DNA from: Symbiobacteriaceae bacterium
GTDB lineage: Bacteria > Bacillota > JAAYKD01 > WRDA01
Direction: 5' to 3'
NCBI GenBank assembly: GCA_009779515.1
Contig: WREE01000001.1
Location: 1-34,631 of the forward strand
Length of the DNA: 34,631 bases
The notes beneath the pieces are model-generated. The model was not told where the DNA came from, did no database searches, and saw nothing but the letters and a program-made list of their open reading frames with translations. Positions 26,887 to 34,631 of this stretch are shown here, in pieces; the stretch's first letter is position 1; each line of letters begins with the position of its first letter. A program made the position numbers and the translations under genes.

Positions 26887-27747
26887 ATGCAGTATAAAGC
26901 TACCGTCTATGCCAACGACAGGCTCTTTCCGGAACCTATTCCCCACCCTTTGCAGCAGCTTGCACCTTGTTCGGATAGGGGTTCTCCTTATCCGGAGCTG
27001 TGGCGTCTCACCCTCCATGCTCCGGAGCTGGTCTCCCTCCTTAAGCCAGGTCAATTTTTACATCTTCTTACCCGTCCCCTCTTGAGCCACGACCCTCTGT
27101 TACGTCGCCCCATCAGCGTGGCTTCCTGGCATGAAGAACACGGCACCTGTAGCCTCTACTATCAGGTAGTAGGGCGAGGTACGGCTTATCTCAGTCAATT
27201 GCAGGCTATGGAAAGGCTGGATTTGCTGGGACCTTTGGGGCAGCCATACCCCATGCCACCTACCGGGCAACAAAGCGTGGCTCTGGTCGCCGGTGGGATT
27301 GGCATACCTCCCCTCTTCCCTTTAGCCAAAACTTTACTGCAGAAAGGGCATAAGGTCACCTTATTTTTAGGCGCTCGCACCCGGGGGCAGCTTCTCATGC
27401 TGGGAGAATTCCGTCAGGCAGGGGTTCCCTACTTCGTGACCACCGACGATGGCAGCGCCGGTCGCCTGGGGCGGGTGGTGGACGATTTTCACGATAAACT
27501 CCTACACTCCCATCACTTCGACTATATTTATACCTGCGGTCCTAAGGGGATGTTGCAGGCAGTGCAGACCATAACAGCGGCAGCGGGGCTTTCCGGGTGG
27601 CTGATTATGGAGAGCCATATGGCTTGTGGTCTGGGGGCTTGCCTCGGTTGCACCATTCGGGTGCAAGAGGGCGAAGGTTGGCGCTACGCTCTCCTTTGTC
27701 AAGAAGGAGTTGCCTTTGCGGTAGGGGAGGTTTGTTTCGATGTCTAA
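26887..27747 (+). CDS. pyrK: Dihydroorotate dehydrogenase B electron-transfer subunit (FAD, [2Fe-2S]).
   Basis: 286 aa with the RRPISV FAD motif and the C-terminal cluster motif MACGLGACLGC..C. It overlaps pyrD by 8 nt. Confidence 0.9.
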   Translation: MQYKATVYANDRLFPEPIPHPLQQLAPCSDRGSPYPELWRLTLHAPELVSLLKPGQFLHLLTRPLLSHDPLLRRPISVASWHEEHGTCSLYYQVVGRGTAYLSQLQAMERLDLLGPLGQPYPMPPTGQQSVALVAGGIGIPPLFPLAKTLLQKGHKVTLFLGARTRGQLLMLGEFRQAGVPYFVTTDDGSAGRLGRVVDDFHDKLLHSHHFDYIYTCGPKGMLQAVQTITAAAGLSGWLIMESHMACGLGACLGCTIRVQEGEGWRYALLCQEGVAFAVGEVCFDV

Positions 27748-28690
27748 TAGCCCTGCTCAAGCTGGTGTCACCCCGGATCTGGCAGTTACCCTGGGCACTA
27801 GGCGCCCTTTGCGTCTGAAAAACCCTGTTACCACCGCTTCTGGCACCTTCGGTTACGGCGTGGAGTTTGCTCCCTACATGGATATCACCGCCCTGGGGGC
27901 CTTAACCACCAAAGCGCTAACTTTGGAAGCCCGAGAGGGGAACCCAGGTCGCCGCTTGGTGGAGACTCCCGCCGGGATGCTTAACTCTATTGGGCTTATG
28001 AATGCCGGCTTAGAGCATTTCCTCCGGGAAACTCTGCCTCAGCTCCGGCAGTTTGGCGATTTGCCTATTATTGTTAACATTAGCGGGCATACGGTTTCCG
28101 AATATGCCACCTTAGCCGAACGTCTCAACCAGGAACCGGGTATAGCTGCCTTGGAGGTAAATATCTCCTGCCCTAATGTGGAAAATGGGTTGTTGTTCGC
28201 TTCTTTGCCCGAAAGCGCCGCCCTGGTTACCCGAGCGGTGCGCGAAGTCTGCGATTTGCCTCTTTTTATTAAACTTACCCCTAATGTTTCCGATATTGCT
28301 CCTATCGCTAAGGCGGTGGAGGAAGCTGGTGCGGACGGAATATCACTTATCAACTCCGTGCTGGGGATGGCTATAGATATTCAGACGCGTCAGGCTATTC
28401 TCCAAGCTACCTTCGGCGGTCTTTCAGGTCCGGCGATTCGCCCCATCGCTTTAAGAATGGTTTATCAAGTTTACCAGGCGTGCTCTTTGCCTATTATCGG
28501 TATGGGCGGTATTACCACCTGGGAAGATGCTCTGGAATTTATTTTTGCCGGCGCCAGCGCAGTGGCTATTGGCACGGCCAATTTGGTTAACCCCCGGGCA
28601 ACGGTGGAAGTTATCCAGGGGCTTGGGGAGTATTGTCAATACCATAAAGTTGCCTGCTTGGCGGAGCTGATTGGAGCGGCGCACCGCTAG
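27740..28690 (+). CDS. pyrD: Dihydroorotate dehydrogenase (class 1B) catalytic subunit.
   Basis: 316 aa with motifs NPVTTASGTFGYG, NISCPN, GGLSGPAIRPIAL and GMGGI. Confidence 0.95.
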   Translation: MSNSPAQAGVTPDLAVTLGTRRPLRLKNPVTTASGTFGYGVEFAPYMDITALGALTTKALTLEAREGNPGRRLVETPAGMLNSIGLMNAGLEHFLRETLPQLRQFGDLPIIVNISGHTVSEYATLAERLNQEPGIAALEVNISCPNVENGLLFASLPESAALVTRAVREVCDLPLFIKLTPNVSDIAPIAKAVEEAGADGISLINSVLGMAIDIQTRQAILQATFGGLSGPAIRPIALRMVYQVYQACSLPIIGMGGITTWEDALEFIFAGASAVAIGTANLVNPRATVEVIQGLGEYCQYHKVACLAELIGAAHR

Positions 28691-28793
28691 GTCTTTCTAA
28701 AAAAATATTTTCCATAGCGAACTTTTTACTTGTGTAAAACGTCTAAAATAACAATAGTAAATATATGTAGCTGTTCTAAGGATGTGATCCCTT

Positions 28794-30233
28794 TTGTCTA
28801 TTTTTCGCAAATTTTCAGCTAATAATAAGCGTCCCCCATCACCCCCACGCAACCGCTCGGCGCCCTCCAGGGGTAGTTTTTTGGGTTTTAACTGGCGTAC
28901 GGCTATCTTAATTGCTACCATGGCGGTACTAGTAACTTCGGTGGCAACCGCCGTCTTTTTTATCGGCAGCATCTACGAAACTGCCAACAAACCGTGGGTG
29001 CCTACTACCCCTTACGATCCCGAGCTGCCAACTGTTGCCATGGTGGTTCCCGAAGAGCTGGCAGAATTAACTAACCGCACTAATGTTTTGGTTATGGGAG
29101 TAGATGAAAGGGAGTGGGATGCAGGGCGTTCCGACACCATGTTCGTGGTTTCTGTCCCTTCCGACGGTGGGGCTATTTCCCTTATCTCTATCCCCAGGGA
29201 TACCATGATTTGGCTGCCGGAAGTCTCCACCTACGATAAAATCAGCCACCTTTATAACTATCGGGGACCGGAATTTTCCACCAATGCGGTTTCCCGCCTG
29301 TTGGACATTCCTTTAGCTGGTTATATCGTCATTAATCTCGAAGGTTTTGTCGGCCTAGTGGATACTATCGATGGGGTGACTCTCGATGTGGGTCCCGATC
29401 CCCTTTACTACAACGACCCTTATCAAGACCTTTATATCAACATACCGGCAGGGGTGAACCACTTAAACAGCGAACAAGCTATGCACTTTGTCCGTTACCG
29501 CAACGATACCGATGCCGATATCGGCCGTATTCAACGGCAACATATTTTCTTAGAGGCAGTAATAAAGAAAATTGTCGCTGCCGAGTATAGCGTCACCCGG
29601 ATACCGGTGCTCCTGGCTCAGGCAGTTTCCATGGTAACCACCAATATCCCTATCGGCACCCTAACCTCCCTGGCCTATTCGGGTATGAAGTGCCTTCACG
29701 AAGAGATCCACGCTGTCACTCTGGTGGGGGATGGGCTTAAATACAAAGGCTTAGCTTATTATATTCTGCGCTTTGAAGAAAGCCTAGAAGCGGTAGCCGA
29801 GGCTCTCTTCCCGCCGGAAGAGCGTTACGCCTATGTTCAAGAGCATCTTCACGAGTCCTGGGTGCGGGAATACGAATGGTTGCGCTCCGATATCTGGCGC
29901 CGCACGGTGGAAAACTACGAACGGACAGGTATTTGGGATTATGTGGAGGAAACTCTTCCTGCCACTTCGGTTTCCTCCGGCGGTGGCTACGAAGAGGAAG
30001 AGGATGATCCGGAGGCATACGAGGTGCCTGAGGAAGAGGAAGAGCCGGAGGAGTACGAGGCGCCGGAAGATGAAATAGAAGATCCTGAGAGCACGGTACC
30101 TTTAGGGGATGAACCGGAGGAGGAGGAAGCGGAAACCCCTGAGGAGGAGCCAGAGGAAGTTATTATAGTTATCTCTGACGAGGACGAAGCGGCGGATGAG
30201 GAAGACGAAGAAGAACCGGAAAGCGGAGGTTAA
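28794..30233 (+). CDS. LytR-CpsA-Psr (LCP) family envelope protein with an N-terminal TM anchor and an 81-residue extremely acidic C-terminal tail.
   Basis: 479 aa with a TTG start. The LCP core is NVLVMGVDEREWDAGRSDTMFVVSV..ISIPRDT. The tail (29988-30230) is Glu/Asp/Pro-rich. Confidence 0.85.
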   Translation: MSIFRKFSANNKRPPSPPRNRSAPSRGSFLGFNWRTAILIATMAVLVTSVATAVFFIGSIYETANKPWVPTTPYDPELPTVAMVVPEELAELTNRTNVLVMGVDEREWDAGRSDTMFVVSVPSDGGAISLISIPRDTMIWLPEVSTYDKISHLYNYRGPEFSTNAVSRLLDIPLAGYIVINLEGFVGLVDTIDGVTLDVGPDPLYYNDPYQDLYINIPAGVNHLNSEQAMHFVRYRNDTDADIGRIQRQHIFLEAVIKKIVAAEYSVTRIPVLLAQAVSMVTTNIPIGTLTSLAYSGMKCLHEEIHAVTLVGDGLKYKGLAYYILRFEESLEAVAEALFPPEERYAYVQEHLHESWVREYEWLRSDIWRRTVENYERTGIWDYVEETLPATSVSSGGGYEEEEDDPEAYEVPEEEEEPEEYEAPEDEIEDPESTVPLGDEPEEEEAETPEEEPEEVIIVISDEDEAADEEDEEEPESGG

Positions 30234-30235
30234 CT

Positions 30236-31285
30236 ATGCATCGCCCCAACCGATGGTATATCTTATCCCTTTGGCTGCTCATTTTTATTCTTTGGGGGAG
30301 CAGTATCACTGCCCAGGCTACAGCTACCTCCCCTGAGGTAGTAGGACGCCGTGTGGAAGCGGAGCTGGCGAATATCAGCATGTATATCAACGGGGGAGAG
30401 GTAGCGGTGGCTCGTTCCCGCTACCCTCTGCTGCTTTATAACGATATTACCTACCTACCCCTTACCTGGTACCTGGGGCAAGCTCTGGGGCTGGAGGTTA
30501 GCTACGATTATGCCAACAACATCCTAAAGGTGCGTCCGGATAACCTTATCCCCCTTTTGTCCCTGCGTCAGGAGCTGCTGGCACCGGAACAACCGAGTTT
30601 ACAACTGGGCAGTAAGGTGCAAGCCACCACCGTAGCTTACACGGTATATATAGGCGAGGAAGAGGTTACCAGCAGCGCCACATGGCCGCTCCTCAGCTAC
30701 CAGTATATTACCTACCTCCCCTTAACCTGGCACTACGCGTACGAACTGCTTAACATTAACTACCAATTTAGCTCTTTTCCCCAAAGCAAACTAACCCTCT
30801 CCCGTTCTCCCGGCAGTGCTGGGGTGCAGCAAGCTCAACTGGAGCGTATATTAAACTCTGCTCGCACCAAACTGCTCTCCGAGCCCTTTACCAGTACGGT
30901 GCAAACCTTTCGAAGCGGTCGTCTGATTGCCGAAGAAGTCAAACTCTTCGACCCCACCCTGCAAACCAACAACCCAGCCTACCCCTCACTGCTGCCGCAA
31001 ATCCCTGCTCTGGATTTACGTACCCCACCTGGGGGATGGCAGGTTTCCTTTGCCAACGGCGATTGGTTCTTAACATTAGACCATCTTACCGTGGAGCTAG
31101 ATAACAGTAGCGCTGGGAGCGCTTGGTTATACACCTTCACCTTCAATATGGATGACTGGTCGCTCTTTTCGTTGGAAGCCCGGGAGGTTTCCCTGCGTCA
31201 AGGGGAGCTTGCCCCCAACGCCAACGACACCACCATCATGACCTGGATTGCATATACGCCAAACACCCCCCTTAGCTTACCATAA
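30236..31285 (+). CDS. Secreted hypothetical protein with two internal repeats that resemble copper-amine-oxidase N-terminal (stalk) domains.
   Basis: 349 aa with a signal-peptide-like N-terminus (..ILWGSSITAQA). The duplicated module is YINGGEV..YPLLLYNDITYLPLTWY / YIGEEEV..WPLLSYQYITYLPLTWH. It is translationally coupled to the LCP gene (2-nt gap, GGAGG RBS). Confidence 0.7.
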   Translation: MHRPNRWYILSLWLLIFILWGSSITAQATATSPEVVGRRVEAELANISMYINGGEVAVARSRYPLLLYNDITYLPLTWYLGQALGLEVSYDYANNILKVRPDNLIPLLSLRQELLAPEQPSLQLGSKVQATTVAYTVYIGEEEVTSSATWPLLSYQYITYLPLTWHYAYELLNINYQFSSFPQSKLTLSRSPGSAGVQQAQLERILNSARTKLLSEPFTSTVQTFRSGRLIAEEVKLFDPTLQTNNPAYPSLLPQIPALDLRTPPGGWQVSFANGDWFLTLDHLTVELDNSSAGSAWLYTFTFNMDDWSLFSLEAREVSLRQGELAPNANDTTIMTWIAYTPNTPLSLP

Positions 31286-31298
31286 GCTTAAGGGGGGT
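31262..31298 (+). repeat. 37-bp direct repeat, copy 1 (the last 24 nt of the upstream CDS, stop codon included, plus the rest of its terminator hairpin).
   Basis: AACACCCCCCTTAGCTTACCATAAGCTTAAGGGGGGT is identical to 31482-31518. Confidence 0.95.
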
Positions 31299-31313
31299 AT
31301 TTAGGTTGTAGAT

Positions 31314-31481
31314 AAACCGGTTTCGTGTTCTTTGTTCCTGCCTAAATTAGCTTAAAGGGATAAAGTAACCGCTTTTTGGCGACATGCGCGTCAAAAAGCA
31401 AACTTAGTTGCAAGAACATAACTTAATTCGCCGAAGAGCGCACTCTTAAGGCGAGAGGCTGAAGACTTTGACTTCAGCCTC
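31314..31481 (+). repeat. Intergenic repeat family 2, copy C.
   Basis: It aligns with copies A and B. Hairpins lie at 31371-31399 and 31455-31481. It sits between the two copies of the 37-bp direct repeat. Confidence 0.9.
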
Positions 31482-31518
31482 AACACCCCCCTTAGCTTAC
31501 CATAAGCTTAAGGGGGGT
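31482..31518 (+). repeat. 37-bp direct repeat, copy 2. It contains a terminator-like hairpin that could serve the convergent genes on both sides.
   Basis: It is identical to 31262-31298. The hairpin CCCCCCTTAGCTT / AAGCTTAAGGGGGG (31486-31517) is followed by the T-rich GCTTGTTTTAGCTATTTT. Confidence 0.9.
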
Positions 31519-31547
31519 GCTTGTTTTAGCTATTTTGCTACTTTTAC

Positions 31548-33182
31548 TTATACCTTAAAGGTATGCTTAGCTACGCCGGAGCGTTCGCCTTGCGCGGTAA
31601 TAGTTACTTCGGTGCCGGGGGCTGCCTGAATAACCCACTCGGCTTTCTTCTCGGTGCGCCCAGCCATATGTCCCATTTCCAGCTTCGCTTTGCCTTGGAT
31701 GACGGTGACACCGTCGCCACAAATACAGGCCTCCACCGGTTTAGTCACCCTGATGCGGGTGGCAAGAGCAGTACCGGCAGTGTTGAGATAGCCGCCATTG
31801 ACAATACCGCAAGTAACCCGGTAAACCCCTTCGGCAACCTTCTCTACCTTAACCTTGCGGACTTCCAGGAAAGCCATAGCTTTGGCTTGCATATTGGTGA
31901 AGCGCAGGTTCTTCTCACAGACATCGGGGAGGAAGCGGGGTGGCGGGTTCTGGAACATATACTTATTCTTCCAGCCACCAATCTCCACCGTGCCCAGTTG
32001 GGGATGCTCAAAGGTCGTCCAGGGGATAAAGCTATCCAGCTCTTCCTTATCGTGCCAAGCCAGAACCTTCAGCTGATCTTGCTCTTGCTCCTTGTCGCTC
32101 TTAGGCGTCCTTAAACCATCGAACTTGGGCTTATCGCAGCCTGCCATGGTTTGGGCATTCCAAAGCTCGGTAGACCAGGAGAGAATACCCCGGTGATTAT
32201 AAATCCAGTCCAGATAAACACCCCTTAAAGGGTTGTTTCTGTCCGAAGTGAAACCGTCGTAGACGGAGCAGTGACCATACCCGGTAACTTCAGCTCCCAG
32301 GGTGCCCAGCAGCCGGTAGGCTTGAAAGTCTTCCCGGATCATCTGGCTGTCGGGAGTAGTGCAGCAGGGGCGGAGATGGACATCCCCAGAGGTATGGTAG
32401 CTCATGGCACCGGCAATATTCTTTTTGCTAATAAGGAAATCGGCAACAGATTTGGTCTCCGGCTCGGAGAGCGCGTAATCGCCGGAACCTACCTGCTTGG
32501 CATCGATATCCCAGAAAGCGGGCATATTGCGGTTGACATCGAGACCCCAGCGGGAGCGGGCAGTGCGCACTTCAATGCCATCGAAGTCCACAATGCGCCC
32601 TTCCGGGTATACCCGATAGAAAGTACCGCAGACATCGTCCGGTTGACGACGCACCATCAGGCGGGGATCGGACTCCGAAACCTTAAAGTCGCCGTGGGGG
32701 TCTTCAATACGCATTTGGGAAATCCAACCATCCCCGTCCATATCCTCGTTATGCAGCCCAGGCTGATCTTCGGTATAAGGGAAGAGGCGGGTAGAGGAGC
32801 GTAGGGTGAAGGGGGTGTGCAGATACATCTCCGAGCCGTCGATAGAGACCCGGGGCACAATATACCAAGTGCGGTTATCTAACAGGTAAGTGGCGTCATC
32901 GTCGGTGCCATAGTTCTCCAACAGCCAGCTGATTGTATAGAGAGCCACTGCCGAACCGGTAACCTCACCGGCGTGGAAGTTGGCGTCCACGTAATAACCA
33001 GGCTTCTCGTCGGGGCAACCGTTGGGGGTGGTAATTTCCAGACAGATAATCTCCCTGCCCTCATAGGTTTTACCTATGGGGTAGGATTTACAGAGCTCCG
33101 GAAAGGCTTTTTGCCAAGCTTCAATAAGCTCCAGAATCTCTGACCACGTGTAGTACTTGGCAGCATTGTACTCAACCTTCAT
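31548..33182 (-). CDS. M14-family zinc carboxypeptidase-like protein (no signal peptide) with a C-terminal beta-rich domain.
   Basis: 544 aa. The zinc and catalytic motifs are HAGE (FHAGEVTG), DVNRN, SYHTSG and STELWN. Confidence 0.85.
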   Translation of the reverse strand: MKVEYNAAKYYTWSEILELIEAWQKAFPELCKSYPIGKTYEGREIICLEITTPNGCPDEKPGYYVDANFHAGEVTGSAVALYTISWLLENYGTDDDATYLLDNRTWYIVPRVSIDGSEMYLHTPFTLRSSTRLFPYTEDQPGLHNEDMDGDGWISQMRIEDPHGDFKVSESDPRLMVRRQPDDVCGTFYRVYPEGRIVDFDGIEVRTARSRWGLDVNRNMPAFWDIDAKQVGSGDYALSEPETKSVADFLISKKNIAGAMSYHTSGDVHLRPCCTTPDSQMIREDFQAYRLLGTLGAEVTGYGHCSVYDGFTSDRNNPLRGVYLDWIYNHRGILSWSTELWNAQTMAGCDKPKFDGLRTPKSDKEQEQDQLKVLAWHDKEELDSFIPWTTFEHPQLGTVEIGGWKNKYMFQNPPPRFLPDVCEKNLRFTNMQAKAMAFLEVRKVKVEKVAEGVYRVTCGIVNGGYLNTAGTALATRIRVTKPVEACICGDGVTVIQGKAKLEMGHMAGRTEKKAEWVIQAAPGTEVTITAQGERSGVAKHTFKV

Positions 33183-33324
33183 GGATAATCCTCCTTGTAT
33201 GCGTTAATTATAAGGTTATGTAGTTGGCGGATAACAGTGTTCGGCTAACCTAAAAACTAAACCGAACTGGGGTTGTATATATGGGATGACTTAAGCCGCA
33301 GGGCAGGTAACTCGCGCTTCTAAC

Positions 33325-34631
33325 CTAGCCTAGGGTTACCTTAGCACAAACCGTGCCGGCACGAGCGCCTACCGCTACCAAAGTTACCTCGGTGCCTGCC
33401 GGTGCTTCCACCAACCATTCTACCTTTTTGGCGAAGCCAGGGGTACTTCCACCACCGCCGCCACCGCCACCGCCGCCTCTGCCGGAGCTGCGCCCCTGCA
33501 GATGACCTAAGTTAAGCTCGCACTCCCCTTGCAGCACCTTCGCTCCGCAAATATGGGCTGTTACTGGGGCTACTATGCGGTTGTTGATAGCCTTTTGGGT
33601 GCTGGAAGTGGGCAGGAAGCCGGTGTTCTCCACGGCGGCGGTAACCCGCCAGACCGAGCCACCCAAATTTTCCTGCTTAACTTTGGTAATAGCCAGCATA
33701 GGCAGGCTCTCCATGTGCATTAAGGAGAAGCGCATATTCTTCTCGCACTCTTCTTCCAGGAGCTTGGCAGGTGGGTTCTGGCGTCCTTCTTTGGGGTTCC
33801 AGCCGCCAATTTCCACTTCACCTAACTGCGGGTGGGTAAAGGGTGTCCAGTTAAAGAAGCACTCGCCGTTCATGACTTCGTCATTCCATTTTAAAGTTTT
33901 AAGCTGAATTTCTTCCTGTTGTTTGGGGGTCAGGCGCTGCGTGGCGCGGGACCCTTTCTCTTTGACCCCAGAGCGACCCATGAGATCCCACAGCTCGGTA
34001 GCAAAGGAGCTTATGCCCAAATACTCGTAGCTTAAATCCATAAAGGTGCCCCATTGGGGGGTATTGTTAGCAAAGACCCCGTAAATATCTTGGCAGGGGT
34101 AGCCGGTAATCTCCTCGCCACGGGCACCCAACACCCGGTAGGTGCTCAGGTCGGCAGGGGGCATTTTGTCGTCCCCTTCCACACAGTTGGCTCTGAGCAA
34201 AATACCTCCCGAGGTGTGGTAATACAAAGCACCAGCAATATTCTTTTTGCTGATCAGGAAGTCGGTTACCGCTTTGCTCTCTGGCTCGGAGAGAGGTAAA
34301 TCCCCGGCGCCGTTTTGCACATGTGGGGGTTTCCAGTTAATAGGGTAGTTGCGGTTCATATCGATGCCCCACTTGCTGGGAGCATTGCTGAAGGTAATGC
34401 CATCGTAGTTGATAATTAACCCTTCGGTGTAAAGGTGATAAAACTCGCCACAAAGATCATCGGGGCGGCGAGGGATCATAAGGCGAGGGTCTTCGGCGGA
34501 GACCTTAAAGCCGCCTGCCAGGTCGTCCCGCACCCGCATTTGTAGAATATAGCCATCACCGTTGATATCTTGAGGGGTTAAGCCGGCGGGATCGGCATAT
34601 TCCGGGTAGTGCCATTCATGGACAGTGGAGC
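33325..34631 (-). CDS. M14-family carboxypeptidase-like paralog. Its N-terminus lies outside the window, and it carries a Gly10 insertion.
   Basis: The frame stays open upstream of the track's Met (34539) to the window edge (..STVHEWHYPEYADPAGLTPQDINGDGYILQMRVRDD), which aligns with residues ~135-165 of the neighbouring paralog. Motifs DMNRN, YYHTSGG and ATELWD are present. Confidence 0.85.
   Translation of the reverse strand, partial: STVHEWHYPEYADPAGLTPQDINGDGYILQMRVRDDLAGGFKVSAEDPRLMIPRRPDDLCGEFYHLYTEGLIINYDGITFSNAPSKWGIDMNRNYPINWKPPHVQNGAGDLPLSEPESKAVTDFLISKKNIAGALYYHTSGGILLRANCVEGDDKMPPADLSTYRVLGARGEEITGYPCQDIYGVFANNTPQWGTFMDLSYEYLGISSFATELWDLMGRSGVKEKGSRATQRLTPKQQEEIQLKTLKWNDEVMNGECFFNWTPFTHPQLGEVEIGGWNPKEGRQNPPAKLLEEECEKNMRFSLMHMESLPMLAITKVKQENLGGSVWRVTAAVENTGFLPTSSTQKAINNRIVAPVTAHICGAKVLQGECELNLGHLQGRSSGRGGGGGGGGGGSTPGFAKKVEWLVEAPAGTEVTLVAVGARAGTVCAKVTLG

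Noticed and set aside
1-34631. A scan for CRISPR arrays, tRNA/rRNA genes, transposases, integrases, reverse transcriptases, toxin-antitoxin pairs and known defence-system genes.
   Set aside because: I saw no regularly spaced short repeats, no cloverleaf-like sequences in the intergenic regions, and no ORF with the relevant motifs. All large ORFs are accounted for by metabolic, envelope or chemotaxis functions.

Overview
This window looks like a chromosomal segment from an anaerobic, Clostridia-like Firmicute; that is my inference from gene content, GGAGG-type ribosome binding sites and tightly overlapping operons. Most of it is housekeeping or energy metabolism.

Gene content, left to right:
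- A Kbl/BioF-like gene fragment, a DUF975-like membrane protein, rarA and yigZ.
- A 9-gene Mrp/Mbh-type cation:proton antiporter-like cluster on the minus strand (3268-10865).
- A divergently transcribed HydABC-type NADH/ferredoxin-dependent [FeFe]-hydrogenase operon (11351-15533).
- Two lower-GC methyl-accepting chemotaxis protein (MCP) genes (15842-19770).
- A pyrimidine operon, pyrB-pyrC-carA-carB-pyrK-pyrD (20152-28690).
- An LCP-family (LytR-CpsA-Psr) envelope gene plus a secreted repeat protein.
- Two tandem M14 carboxypeptidase-like paralogs on the minus strand.

I see no CRISPR array, rRNA, tRNA, transposase, integrase, reverse transcriptase or recognisable defence genes.

The observations that ordinary annotation does not explain are:
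1. A ~190-nt repeat with strong secondary-structure potential, in two copies. Each sits just upstream of a plus-strand gene or operon, and the copies show compensatory base-pair changes. It could be a cis-regulatory RNA or a mobile structured element.
2. A second ~170-nt intergenic repeat family with three full copies and one 23-nt ends-only junction. One copy is inserted inside the mrp operon. Another is flanked by a 37-bp direct duplication that copies a gene's 3' end and its terminator.
3. A full-length carA homolog in which all three glutaminase catalytic-triad positions are substituted, and which has no canonical start codon.
4. An Mbh-like gene order with three antiporter-type subunits but no hydrogenase or NuoH-type module, placed back to back with a soluble [FeFe] hydrogenase.

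All family assignments come from reading the translated ORFs against motifs I remember. No database search was run.
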